Assembly: GCA_037447435.1 (NCBI GenBank)
Contig: JBBIGR010000012.1
Coordinates: 1-64,000, forward strand
Source: Fibrobacteria bacterium
GTDB taxonomy: Bacteria; Fibrobacterota; Chitinivibrionia; Chitinivibrionales; FEN-1185
Direction: 5' to 3'
Length of the DNA stretch: 64,000 bases
The notes under the pieces were generated by a model, which was not told where the DNA came from, did not search any database, and was given only the letters and a program-made list of their open reading frames with translations. Every line of letters begins with the position of its first letter. The first letter of the stretch is position 1. Shown here one piece after another: positions 9,684-19,467 of this stretch. The translations under genes and the position numbers were made by a program.

Positions 9684-11632
9684 TGTTTTTCTTTTGTTAA
9701 TTTCAAGGCGTACGTCCTGGAAATACCGTATTCATTAAGCAAAAACAGAACTTTATCCGGCTGCACACGGAGAACATATCCATTTTGCACCGGATCGTTT
9801 TCCCGTAACGCATATGCCCGGGTTTTGTCCTGCTTATCTTCAAAAAGACCGATTCGGTCAACTTGATCGTAAAGGATACCCACGACGTTGAGATTTTCGA
9901 CCATGGGTACCGGACTATCGATATCGTGGGATAATGGTAAGAACGGGTCTCTTCCATACACGTGATAGACAACGGTTTTAGGGCCGGAATATCGCTTTGC
10001 ACGCTCGATACTGTCTTTGACAAGCGCCGCATAGTGTTGTGCAGAATCCAAAGCCGCCCTTGCTCTGGCTTCGTCATCGGCCTTTTTCTTTGCCAGGGCT
10101 TCGGCTTTCATTTTTTCTTTTGCAATTCGCTCGGCTTCTTTTTTTGCGAGCTGTTCTTCCAAAAGTTTTTGCTTTTGTGCTTTTTGATCGGCAATTAATT
10201 TTTCCTTTTCCAACGCCATTTGAGCGGCCCGTTGCTGACCTGCAGCTTTTGCCAATTGCTTTGCCTGAAACTGAGCCATAGATTCAAGAAGGTCGGGCGA
10301 TGCGGCCGTACTATCGGTAACCATACTCGCCAGTACCCAACCGTTTTGGGCAGATGTAGCAATTTTAAGCCACTGCCCTTGCTTTGCTAAAAGCGATGCC
10401 AATACACCTTTGGGCAACCTCTCGATAATACTGTCTTTGCTTGAAGGCCCCATCCTCATATTCACGTTGCTTTTTGCAATAATTATACGGGAAATTGTAT
10501 GTTGTTCTTTTGAAGCTATTTCATCGGCATTCAATGGCCGGGGCTGTGTTAAAACGGCCGCCTCATTGCTTTCAGCAACAGGTCTACTATCCTTAACCGT
10601 TTTCTTCTGAGTTTCCTCCCTTGGCGTAAACACGGAAGCATTATTGACTGTTGATTTTATATCTTCGTTTGCCTTTTGCTCCATTCCCCTATAATCGACG
10701 TTTAATTTCGGCATTTGTGCAAATCGAAAGATCGGGCCGTTCCCCTTCTTTGCAGACCAGGTTGAAATTCGCGGAAGCGAATCGCACGGGGCATATATCA
10801 GGAGCTTATCGGAAAAGGCCTGCAATAGCACCCCTGCCATGGCGGATTTCTTTACATAAATGGATGCCCCGAGCCACATGGTCCCGCCATGAGCGATTTG
10901 TTTGATTTCTATTGCAGCAATATTCGAACCCGGCACCGCAAGCTTAGAGACGCCGATATCGCTGGTCGAATTCACGAACAATACAACGATGCGGTCCGGC
11001 TCACGTTTCAGCCGTATTGCCGTCGGCTTGTCGAAAGAAAAAGTATATTGTTCCACCCTGTCGCGGACAAGCATAGAAACGTCCATGAGCCTTGCCTGAC
11101 CGTTTGCCTGCGTCACGGGCTGGGGCGCCGATGACAATTGACCCAGTGCGGGAGCCTTTTGCGTGTGAGCGGTCCAGGAAAAAGGATCACAAGGATTTTT
11201 CGTCAATAAAACAATACATTTTCCATTTTTTTGCCTGGTCTGAATATCGGGGAGCGGCATCGAAATTGCCATCACGATTTCAAATGACCCAGGGGCGTGA
11301 CTTTCGGAAACTGCAATTTTTCGAACAGGGCAATTTTCAGGAAAATCGGTAAATGTAAAATCATCTAGTCCGTAAATCACTTTTTGACATCGTAAGGAAA
11401 CCAACGACATATTGTTCTTTAAACCGGGTTTTTGCGTTATTGTTGCGGAAAACGCGGCGTCGGCCGTCAGGGTAAACGCAAGTCCCTGCGGGCCGCCTGC
11501 AATTTCCATATTGTTAAGTACCGCCGAGGCTGCAAAACAATGAACTACCGTCGCACACAGAATTGAAAGACTACAAAGCCGTACGGTTTTAAAAAGTGAA
11601 AGAAACGGATTTATTAAAAAATACAATTTCAT
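9680..11632 (-). CDS. Extended PilP-like protein (N-terminal AMIN-like region, SH3b domain, coiled coil, C-terminal PilP-like domain)
   Basis: Occupies the pilP position; C-terminal GRDPFLP..LNVVGILYD..ALRENDPVQNGYVLRVQPDKV is PilP-like; NVNMRMGPS..W..I...GWV is SH3b-like. Confidence 0.7.
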   Translation of the reverse strand: MKLYFLINPFLSLFKTVRLCSLSILCATVVHCFAASAVLNNMEIAGGPQGLAFTLTADAAFSATITQKPGLKNNMSLVSLRCQKVIYGLDDFTFTDFPENCPVRKIAVSESHAPGSFEIVMAISMPLPDIQTRQKNGKCIVLLTKNPCDPFSWTAHTQKAPALGQLSSAPQPVTQANGQARLMDVSMLVRDRVEQYTFSFDKPTAIRLKREPDRIVVLFVNSTSDIGVSKLAVPGSNIAAIEIKQIAHGGTMWLGASIYVKKSAMAGVLLQAFSDKLLIYAPCDSLPRISTWSAKKGNGPIFRFAQMPKLNVDYRGMEQKANEDIKSTVNNASVFTPREETQKKTVKDSRPVAESNEAAVLTQPRPLNADEIASKEQHTISRIIIAKSNVNMRMGPSSKDSIIERLPKGVLASLLAKQGQWLKIATSAQNGWVLASMVTDSTAASPDLLESMAQFQAKQLAKAAGQQRAAQMALEKEKLIADQKAQKQKLLEEQLAKKEAERIAKEKMKAEALAKKKADDEARARAALDSAQHYAALVKDSIERAKRYSGPKTVVYHVYGRDPFLPLSHDIDSPVPMVENLNVVGILYDQVDRIGLFEDKQDKTRAYALRENDPVQNGYVLRVQPDKVLFLLNEYGISRTYALKLTKEKQ

Positions 11633-11641
11633 AGTCAGACT

Positions 11642-12235
11642 CTATTTTTTAGACGAAAAGGTTGTCATTTGGAAAGAGGCCACAATGGTTGAAACCGGCC
11701 CGCCGTGGTCTTCCGCTTCTTTTTTTAGTTGCGCCAAATTCGGACTTACCCGTATGGACATATTAGTTAAATTGATAATCAGCGGCAGGTTTGCAAAAAA
11801 ACTGAAAAATTCCGCTAATTGATGGTAGCCTCCCGAAACTATCATATCATAGCGATTTTCAACATAATATTCCCTTTGAATATCTGGCAATGGATTAAAT
11901 CGGGTTGTATAAATTTCAGAGGCGCGCGCCACGCTTGTTATTTCCCTAATGAGTTTCGGGATTTCCTTTTGATCGGGGAACATTGACTTTAATGAATCTA
12001 AACGGATTTGGGCTGTGGCAATGTCCTTTTCAAGCTTTTTTAGTTGAGGCTTTAGGGCAAGAATGCTGTTGAGTTCGGTTTGTTTCCGGTCTAATTCGGC
12101 CTTTTTTGAGCTCAATATTTCCTGGTTGGGAACAACTGCCAATTGATATATCGAAAAGGCCAATGCAATGCCGATAACAACAATAATCGCGATATTGCGT
12201 ATATGAGGGTTTTTCAAATCCAATTTCATCGCCAT
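11642..12235 (-). CDS. pilO: Type IV pilus assembly protein PilO
   Basis: TM plus coiled coil, FPDQKEIPKLI, GGYHQLAEFF..LPLIIN; ATG at 12235 avoids overlap with pilN. Confidence 0.9.
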   Translation of the reverse strand: MAMKLDLKNPHIRNIAIIVVIGIALAFSIYQLAVVPNQEILSSKKAELDRKQTELNSILALKPQLKKLEKDIATAQIRLDSLKSMFPDQKEIPKLIREITSVARASEIYTTRFNPLPDIQREYYVENRYDMIVSGGYHQLAEFFSFFANLPLIINLTNMSIRVSPNLAQLKKEAEDHGGPVSTIVASFQMTTFSSKK

Positions 12236-12246
12236 AGGTACATCTT

Positions 12247-12861
12247 TCAACGAATGCTGTCTCTGACGACGGAAGCCTTTTGTTCGGTTTCGAGCCGGAC
12301 ATCGGGATTTATCGTACACGAAATATTAAAACGGAACGATTTTGATGCATCTTTGGTTTCTTCGATGCTCGACAAATCGACATTTCGTATGAATTCGCTT
12401 TCCGATAACCGCGTCATAAAATTAGCTACTTCCGGAAAAGACAATGTCCGTCCTTCGATGGCGAGAACCGGCGGGTTCTGATCTTTTTCATCGACCGAAA
12501 CTATCCACGTAAAATCGGGAAGACGTTGACAAAGTATTTCCAATAACCGCACCCATTTTTCCCTATTCACATTGATGCGTTCAAGTGCCAATATTTTTTC
12601 CTGAATCACGGCTTTTTCGGAACGCAATTTCGTGATTTGTTCTTTGATATATTTGTTTTTGCGAATTTGTTCGTCGACATTGCGGATCTCGGTTTGTTTC
12701 TGATTGATTTGCGATTCGAGCCCAATTGCCCATGAAATCATGACAAACCCGAGGAAAATGACGCCAAGTATGGGGTAAAAAATGGAACGGGAAAGCCTGA
12801 TGCCGTGTTTATGTACACGGTATTCAGCAGGAAGCAAGTTAATTTCAACCCGTTCTATCAT
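12247..12861 (-). CDS. pilN: Type IV pilus assembly protein PilN
   Basis: N-terminal INLLP motif, TM, coiled coil, LPDFTW, VANFMTRL. Confidence 0.92.
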   Translation of the reverse strand: MIERVEINLLPAEYRVHKHGIRLSRSIFYPILGVIFLGFVMISWAIGLESQINQKQTEIRNVDEQIRKNKYIKEQITKLRSEKAVIQEKILALERINVNREKWVRLLEILCQRLPDFTWIVSVDEKDQNPPVLAIEGRTLSFPEVANFMTRLSESEFIRNVDLSSIEETKDASKSFRFNISCTINPDVRLETEQKASVVRDSIR

Positions 12862-13925
12862 ACGCCGACCTTCCGTAATGCCAAGCCGACCGCAACACTG
12901 AATAATGCGGAAAATTTCCGCGGATCAGCGGCACCGAAAAGCGCAGGATCATAATTAAGACAACCCATGGGGTTTGAAATCGTCACGGTTGTTTGATGCC
13001 TTTTCTCCAAAAGCGAAACAATATTGGGTATATATGCACCGCCCCCCGACAAAACCACTTTATCGATGGTATCGGTTTTTTCAGAACTTTTAAAATATGA
13101 AAAAGCAAGATCAATGCCGGTTGAAAGCTCTTCCGAAGCATAATCGAGGCTTTGGCGTAAAACATTCACGTCCAAAGACTGATTGGTACGGCCTTTAAGG
13201 ATGTTTGCGGCTTCCTCGTTGCCTATACCCAGATTCCGCTGCAACGTTTTTGTGTAAAAATCGCAAGCTGTCGAAATATCGCGGGAAGAATGATAGACGC
13301 CGTCTTTGACAAACGTCACATTTGTAAGATTGTGGCCGATATTGACAAGAGCTACAACCCCTCCGTCCTGATGCTTAGCGCTTTCCAGCGCCCAACAATT
13401 ATTGACCGCAAACGACACCACGTCTACTATGACGGGTTTAAGCCCAGCCTCATAAAGAAGATCGATGTAATTTTGCATGATTTGGTTTTTTGCGGCAACA
13501 AGCAATACTTCGACTTCATCGTTGTTTGGTTTTCGATGAAGAATCTTATAATCGAGGGTTATATCGTCAACATCGAACGGACTTCTTTGGCCCGCTTCCC
13601 ACAAAATCATTTCTTCCGCATTTTCGTTTGGGTCGATTTTAAAGAAACATTTGTCGGAAATGATTCCATGCCCCGACATAGAAATAACTACCTCGACGGT
13701 AGAGGGATCGCATTGATTGACAAGCGTTGATATGGCATCTATCAAAGCATCCCTGTTTTTTATTTCGCTGCCTTCGATTGTTCCCGGCGGAAGTTCCTTG
13801 ATTCCTGCAGCTTCCAAATAATAACCGTTTTTAAGGTGGCGAAGCTTGACAAGCTTTAGAGAATGATTGCCGATATCCAACCCTGCAGTTGTAATTTCAC
13901 CGCGTAGTTTATGGAGAATATTCAT
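12858..13925 (-). CDS. pilM: Type IV pilus assembly protein PilM
   Basis: GLDIGNHSLKLV, LLVAAK, AGLKPVIVDV, LSGGGA, VAVGLALR (actin-like fold). Confidence 0.95.
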   Translation of the reverse strand: MNILHKLRGEITTAGLDIGNHSLKLVKLRHLKNGYYLEAAGIKELPPGTIEGSEIKNRDALIDAISTLVNQCDPSTVEVVISMSGHGIISDKCFFKIDPNENAEEMILWEAGQRSPFDVDDITLDYKILHRKPNNDEVEVLLVAAKNQIMQNYIDLLYEAGLKPVIVDVVSFAVNNCWALESAKHQDGGVVALVNIGHNLTNVTFVKDGVYHSSRDISTACDFYTKTLQRNLGIGNEEAANILKGRTNQSLDVNVLRQSLDYASEELSTGIDLAFSYFKSSEKTDTIDKVVLSGGGAYIPNIVSLLEKRHQTTVTISNPMGCLNYDPALFGAADPRKFSALFSVAVGLALRKVGV

Positions 13926-14135
13926 GAGTAGCGCTGCTCCAAGCCAATCCCGGTTAGTGCCTTAAAAAATATGTTATTACCAAAAACACTTAAGAACTGA
14001 AATGAAGCGATCTTCCTAACTACAATTAATTTTCGGAGTTATATATTATAATATCTATCAAGACTGCGCAAAATAGTCAAGGAAAAAAGGTGAAAAAACC
14101 TTAAAAAAATAACCCATACCATATGTTTTGAAGCA

Positions 14136-14173
14136 AATAAAGCCGCCCACTACTGGTAGTGGGCGGCTTTATT
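14136..14173. terminator. Perfect 18-bp inverted repeat, terminator for the minus-strand rlmH/pilX-like unit
   Basis: AATAAAGCCGCCCACTAC-TG-GTAGTGGGCGGCTTTATT. Confidence 0.75.
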
Positions 14174-14232
14174 GTCATTTCTATGGGTCCTTCAATTCAA
14201 GCATTCACGCCAAACATCGATTGACACACGTA

Positions 14233-14658
14233 TTATTTGATGCTTTGGCGGATCCAAACTGAATCGGCACCGTTTATTTCCAAGCGTAAGGTACAGGCCT
14301 GTTTTTTTGAAACGGATCCTGCATGCCCGATTGATTCCACGGCTAAAAAAACAGTATCGTTTGATGAGAGGCGTTTAAGCGTTGCGGTATACCAACCTCC
14401 TTCATACTCTGTTTTAGCAATTTCACTGGTTCGAGACGGATTATCTTTGAGGCGCTCAAGAGCTATAAGCAAACCATATTCACTAATTTCCGTAGCTTTT
14501 CGATTTAACACTTCCTGGTTTTGCTGACCTTTGTCCAGAAACCAATAAATTGCAATACTGACAATTACCAAGGTCGCGGCAATCCATAGGATCCGCAATG
14601 CAACTCCGCCGTATTGCGAGTCTAACCACTGTTTTTTCCCATATAGCATCATCTTCAT
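14233..14658 (-). CDS. Hypothetical PilX/minor-pilin-like protein
   Basis: Prepilin-like GGVAL followed by a hydrophobic helix, A..ISEYGL helix, and VESIG beta motif. Confidence 0.5.
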   Translation of the reverse strand: MKMMLYGKKQWLDSQYGGVALRILWIAATLVIVSIAIYWFLDKGQQNQEVLNRKATEISEYGLLIALERLKDNPSRTSEIAKTEYEGGWYTATLKRLSSNDTVFLAVESIGHAGSVSKKQACTLRLEINGADSVWIRQSIK

Positions 14659-14665
14659 TAATCCT

Positions 14666-15136
14666 TTATTTATGATATGGATGACCTTTTAATATAGTAA
14701 ATGCCCTATAAATTTGTTCCAGTAGAACGAGCTGAGCAAGAGCATGCGAAAAGGTCAAACCCGACAAACTCAAGGTTTCTTTTGCTGCTATCTTCAGGCT
14801 TGGCGCACAGCCGTAAGCACCTCCAATAATAAATATAAGCGGCTTGGCCTGCGCTTGTTTTTTTGCCACCCATTGGCTGAAATCATGACTCGACGCATAC
14901 CGTTTTCCATCTTCCGACAAAACAACGACCCCTGCATCCTTCGGGATTTTCGCCAAAACTATTCTCGCTTCGGCTTCCATAAGGTCTTTTTTATTTGCAA
15001 AATCGCCGGAAGGCGATTTTAAATATACGCAGGCTACATCGGCATAAGGCCTGCATAATTTTATATAATGCATAACATCCGTCTCCGACACTTCCCCTTT
15101 TTTGCAAAAAGCAAGAACCTGAATAGTAAAAGCCAT
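14666..15136 (-). CDS. rlmH: 23S rRNA (pseudouridine1915-N3)-methyltransferase
   Basis: FIIGGAYG, LSLSGLTFSH, LLEQIYRAFTILKGHPYHK. Confidence 0.95.
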   Translation of the reverse strand: MAFTIQVLAFCKKGEVSETDVMHYIKLCRPYADVACVYLKSPSGDFANKKDLMEAEARIVLAKIPKDAGVVVLSEDGKRYASSHDFSQWVAKKQAQAKPLIFIIGGAYGCAPSLKIAAKETLSLSGLTFSHALAQLVLLEQIYRAFTILKGHPYHK

Positions 15137-15357
15137 CGTTTTCCTTTTTTAAGATGCGTTTTAACATGATTCGTGCGGGATAGTAGTGCATCGCAAAAAA
15201 TATCCACGCAAAATACGCACATACACCCTCTATTGGCACTAACTATAAAATTTGTTGTATTGTCTTAATGTATCATTCATTATATATTTATACAAGCTCG
15301 ACAAACGGTTGAATTTTTATATGCACAAATGCATACTTAAGTAAAAACGAAAAAATT

Positions 15358-15678
15358 ATGAAACGAATACTTGTTGAAAACATCACCGATAAAATGGTTC
15401 TCGCCAAAGAAGTTTGCGGGACATCGGGTAGTGTTTTGCTGGGCAAAGGAACCGTTCTGACCGCTTCAATGGGCCATCGGTTAAAAAACTGGGGCGTATT
15501 ATCGGTGCATGTGGAAGGCGAAGACGAATCGCCGCAACAAAACGGTATCACCGGAATAACTCCGGAAGAAGTACGTACGGCGCTCGAAGCTAAATTTTCC
15601 CGTGTTATGGGCAGCGAAATTATGAAAAAAATTTTTGCCGCTGTTTACAAATTTAAAATCCAACACAACTCCCGGTAA
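15358..15678 (+). CDS. Hypothetical protein resembling the N-terminal module of HD-GYP proteins
   Basis: MVLAKEV...G.VLLGKGTVLT motif; 8 bp upstream of the HDOD gene. Confidence 0.65.
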   Translation: MKRILVENITDKMVLAKEVCGTSGSVLLGKGTVLTASMGHRLKNWGVLSVHVEGEDESPQQNGITGITPEEVRTALEAKFSRVMGSEIMKKIFAAVYKFKIQHNSR

Positions 15679-15686
15679 GGCCAGAC

Positions 15687-16547
15687 GTGAAAGATCCTGC
15701 TGCAATACGTAAAACACTTGAGAATGTCTCGACCATTCCGACATTGCCCATTGTCATTGAGAAAATCACCCGATTACTGCAAAATCCTCAGACCTCGGCC
15801 GAAGACATCGGCAGGGCTATCACAACAGACCAGGCGCTCGCGTCGAAAGTTCTCAAGCTTGTCAATTCTGCATTTTACGGGTTTCCGGGCCGAATTTCTA
15901 CCATTACTCACGCGGTGGTCATTCTCGGGTTTTCTACGGTAAAAAACGTAGTATTAACAGCTTCCATTTTTGACGCTTTTTCAAAACGCGTTTCCGCAAA
16001 CACAAATTTTGAAATGGAAAAGTTTTGGCTGCATTCAATAGCATGCGGAGCTGCAGCGCAAACTTTGGCAAAGCGGATCGGCCACAGCGCAAAGGAAGAA
16101 TGTTTTATTGCCGGTTTGATTCATGATATCGGTAAAATCCTCATGTGTAACTATCTGCCTGCCGAATTCGAATTGGTAATTCAAAACAGGATAAAGAAAG
16201 ATTGCCTGTTTTACGAAAGCGAACGGGAAATGCTCGGAATCACTCATCAGGAACTTGGCGGCATCATCGCGGAACGATGGAATTTGCCGCAGGCATTGCA
16301 AAGTGCGGTAAAAAACCATCATTATTTGGTCCAAGATAAGGACTTTTCAACTGTTTCGGGCATAGTCCATGCATCGGATATTTTTGTACGGGCCCTGGAT
16401 ATGGGGAACGGCGGCGACAATAAAATCCCTCAAATGTCGGAAATTGTTTGGAACAATCTCGGTTTTGAAAATATACAAATGCAACAATTGCTCGAAGACA
16501 TCGAAAGCGAAGTTGAAAAAGCAACCGTTTTCATGCAGCTTGTTTAA
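15687..16547 (+). CDS. HDOD domain signal transduction protein
   Basis: IPTLP, DQALASKVLKLVNSAFYG, FWLHS, AGLIHDIGK, H.ELG..IAERWNLP. Confidence 0.93.
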   Translation: MKDPAAIRKTLENVSTIPTLPIVIEKITRLLQNPQTSAEDIGRAITTDQALASKVLKLVNSAFYGFPGRISTITHAVVILGFSTVKNVVLTASIFDAFSKRVSANTNFEMEKFWLHSIACGAAAQTLAKRIGHSAKEECFIAGLIHDIGKILMCNYLPAEFELVIQNRIKKDCLFYESEREMLGITHQELGGIIAERWNLPQALQSAVKNHHYLVQDKDFSTVSGIVHASDIFVRALDMGNGGDNKIPQMSEIVWNNLGFENIQMQQLLEDIESEVEKATVFMQLV

Positions 16548-16745
16548 ACATCTGCAATTAAAACGCACCGTCTATACTCATTCCCCGTTACCATAGCCAT
16601 TTATCTGCAGACTCCGGCTTTCCCCGCTCTCTACATCCTTTTTCTGTTTTCTCTGAGAAAACACTATACGCTGTTGCCCATTGTACATTTTGGATTTCTG
16701 GTGCATATTTTAACTATAACAACCGAACCCATTCGGGAGGCACCC

Positions 16746-18206
16746 ATGGCATATGCAAACCGGGAAATTGATGTACTTCTCACCTATCCATCGGATCCAA
16801 TGAGGCTCTTTGACTCTATGATCCCTCTGGGGATTGCAAGTATCGCATCCGTTTTGCAGGAACAAGGGTACTCGGTACAAGTGATCGACTTCAACCATTA
16901 TTCGCATGATTTTAGAAAAGACCTAAGGATATTAAATCCAAAAATTATCGGCATCGGCGGGACAACCGCTTCCCGCGCAGGAAGTTTTTTGACGGCACGT
17001 CTTGCAAAAGAAATTATGCCTTTAGTCCCGATTGTTTATGGAGGCCCACATGCTTCATTTACCGTAAGGGATACCTTAACACATGTTTTAGACATCGATT
17101 ATATCATCAAAGGTGAAGGTGAATATTCATTTCTCTCGCTCTGTGATTTTTTAATTCGCCGAAAACCTGTTGCTCTGTCGACGATCGGCGGATTATGCTA
17201 TCGATCGGAAAACGATATCATTGAAAACAAAGTACGAAGAATAGACAATTTGGACGCCCTACCCATTCCCAGCAGGAATCTTTTTTCCGGGCCTTATAAT
17301 TTGACGCTCGATTTTTCGAATGTTCCTGCAGAATTTTTAATAACATCTCGGGGTTGTCCTGCATGCTGTTCATTTTGTTCAGCTTCACGCATGTTTATGG
17401 GCGGGGTCCGATTTCGAAGTATGGGTCATATCAAAAAAGAAATCGACCTGCTCATTTCAACAAATCATGTTCGTGCCTTGAAATTGTTCGACAGCACATT
17501 TACGGGAAACAGAGAACATGCATTGGCATTTTGCGAAATGATAAAACCGTACGATTTGATTTGGGAATGCGAATTACGGGCAGACTCGGTGGATGAATAC
17601 CTGCTTGAAACAATGAAATCAGCAGGGTGTGCATACATAAATGTCGGCCTCGAATCTTCGGTCCCGATTATTCAAAAAACAATAGCGAAAAACATTTCGA
17701 CCCAACAGGTTGAACAATGTCTATCATGGTGCAAGAAACTCGGAATTAAAACAAAGGTGTTTATGATTTTTGGTCATATCGGCCAATCGTTTGATCAATG
17801 CAAAACAGACGCGGCATATATCAATACCCATAAAAATGAAATCGATTTTTTTGCAACCACCATTGGGCTTCGGATTTATCCCGGAACCGCACTCGAAACG
17901 CAAGCGAAACGAAATATGCTTATGCCCGCCAATTTTTCCTGGGCAAAGTATACACCGACCATATTAAATTATTTAATTGGAGAATTTGGAAATTCTTTCG
18001 TACTGACGCAACGGAACCTCGGTTTTTTCAAATTGTTCCTGGTCGTCACTATATTGGCCAGACAAAACACATTCACATCGTGGTCGTATATTATAAAAAT
18101 GGTATTTACAAATACAAAAATCGTGTCGGGGAAGCTAGCGATGTCGATCGTACATTGCGGCCACAGAATAGTACGATTTTGGGATACCTTGCCTGCTCAT
18201 TTCTAA
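16746..18206 (+). CDS. B12-binding domain radical SAM protein (class B methyltransferase-like)
   Basis: PLGIASIASVL, YGGPHAS, GEGE, SRGCPACCSFC (CxxxCxxC), GLES; ATG at 16746 follows GGAGG. Confidence 0.9.
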   Translation: MAYANREIDVLLTYPSDPMRLFDSMIPLGIASIASVLQEQGYSVQVIDFNHYSHDFRKDLRILNPKIIGIGGTTASRAGSFLTARLAKEIMPLVPIVYGGPHASFTVRDTLTHVLDIDYIIKGEGEYSFLSLCDFLIRRKPVALSTIGGLCYRSENDIIENKVRRIDNLDALPIPSRNLFSGPYNLTLDFSNVPAEFLITSRGCPACCSFCSASRMFMGGVRFRSMGHIKKEIDLLISTNHVRALKLFDSTFTGNREHALAFCEMIKPYDLIWECELRADSVDEYLLETMKSAGCAYINVGLESSVPIIQKTIAKNISTQQVEQCLSWCKKLGIKTKVFMIFGHIGQSFDQCKTDAAYINTHKNEIDFFATTIGLRIYPGTALETQAKRNMLMPANFSWAKYTPTILNYLIGEFGNSFVLTQRNLGFFKLFLVVTILARQNTFTSWSYIIKMVFTNTKIVSGKLAMSIVHCGHRIVRFWDTLPAHF

Positions 18207-18397
18207 GTCTCTTTTTCCTTTTCAAGCGCCTCTTTTTCCAAGGCTTTTGTTTTTTCGATCATTTTGCGGATTTCCTGTTTTTTCGCCTCTTTTTTTTCAA
18301 ATGATTGCGGCATTGAAAATGATCGAACGACAACAAACAGACCGATAACGCCCACGCCCACCAAAAGGATAGGTAAAAAGGAAATTTCGGGAATCAT
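18203..18397 (-). CDS. Small single-TM hypothetical protein
   Basis: 64 aa, hydrophobic N-terminus and charged tail; ATGA overlap with gpgS. Confidence 0.6.
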   Translation of the reverse strand: MIPEISFLPILLVGVGVIGLFVVVRSFSMPQSFEKKEAKKQEIRKMIEKTKALEKEALEKEKET

Positions 18398-19338
18398 AAA
18401 ACCTCTCTTTTTGCAATATCAATATTCTGTAAATCTGCAAATGCAGGAATTTCTATTTCCCTGATTTCAGTTTCTTCCAAACCGTGCAGAGTCACGTTTC
18501 GCATTATTTTATGTATCGGCACATGAAGCGAAATAGCTTTCTCACGCTCAAGCTTTCGCATCATGGTTTGCAAAATACCCAAAGACATTTTCCCAAGTTC
18601 TGAAACCGGGCGATTTCGGTGAAAACGGACACCCATATCAACCTGCACAACTCTTTCCAATCCGAAATTCCTTTCGATGTCAAAAAGCATACCGATTTCG
18701 ACGCCGTAACCGGAGGAAAACGGAATAGATTGTATGGGAATCCTTCGAAACGCATATTCGCCGGATAAAGGCTGATGCAATAATGCTAGATCCGGCATAA
18801 AAGCGGAAAGAATCGGTCTAACCAAAATCTCTGTCACCCGGCCGCCATAGTTATCATATGAATGGTGATCTAATAATAAGGGTCTGTTGTAATAAGCTTT
18901 TGCAAAAATAATTGCAGGGTCATTAAAAAATGGACCGATTAATCCATATATAAAGTGCGAACCAAAATTTTTAATATCCGCATCCACACATAGTACTATG
19001 TCACCCTTTACCACAAATTGGGATTTCCATAATGCGCTGCCTTTTCCCAACGGAAGATTATATTCGGAAGCTATGTCGTTCACATTATAGACAATAGCGC
19101 CCGCCTCTTTTGCAATATCGCCCGTGCCGTCGGAGGAACAACTATCCATGACGACAATTTCATCAAGCAGGCAAACATCTTCCATGAGATCCTGTTTTGC
19201 TTTAGTGATGATGGCAGCAACATTGGCGGCCTCATTGAATGTCGGGATGACGAGACTTATTGCGGTTCTGGATGAGGCCTTTTTATGGGCCAAAGTCGAA
19301 AGAGGAAGAAAATCTTTATAATGAAATTCACGTATCAT
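18394..19338 (-). CDS. gpgS: Glucosyl-3-phosphoglycerate synthase
   Basis: VIPTFNEA, GKGSALWKS, VDAD, GGRVTEILVRP, QPLSGEYA, GYGVEIG, HRNRP. Confidence 0.88.
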   Translation of the reverse strand: MIREFHYKDFLPLSTLAHKKASSRTAISLVIPTFNEAANVAAIITKAKQDLMEDVCLLDEIVVMDSCSSDGTGDIAKEAGAIVYNVNDIASEYNLPLGKGSALWKSQFVVKGDIVLCVDADIKNFGSHFIYGLIGPFFNDPAIIFAKAYYNRPLLLDHHSYDNYGGRVTEILVRPILSAFMPDLALLHQPLSGEYAFRRIPIQSIPFSSGYGVEIGMLFDIERNFGLERVVQVDMGVRFHRNRPVSELGKMSLGILQTMMRKLEREKAISLHVPIHKIMRNVTLHGLEETEIREIEIPAFADLQNIDIAKREVL

Positions 19339-19383
19339 GCCGCTCCCTAAAAACTCAAAAACGAACGCGTAATAATATACATG

Positions 19384-19413
19384 TTGACACCCATTTCACC
19401 ATTGTTATATATT
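19384..19413 (+). promoter_or_regulatory. Putative sigma70 promoter of rplM-rpsI
   Basis: TTGACA at 19384 and TATATT at 19408 (18-bp spacer). Confidence 0.55.
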
Positions 19414-19467
19414 CTCTCACATTATACAGAATCCCTATACTGATTTTTTGACGGAGTAAGAGGAAGA

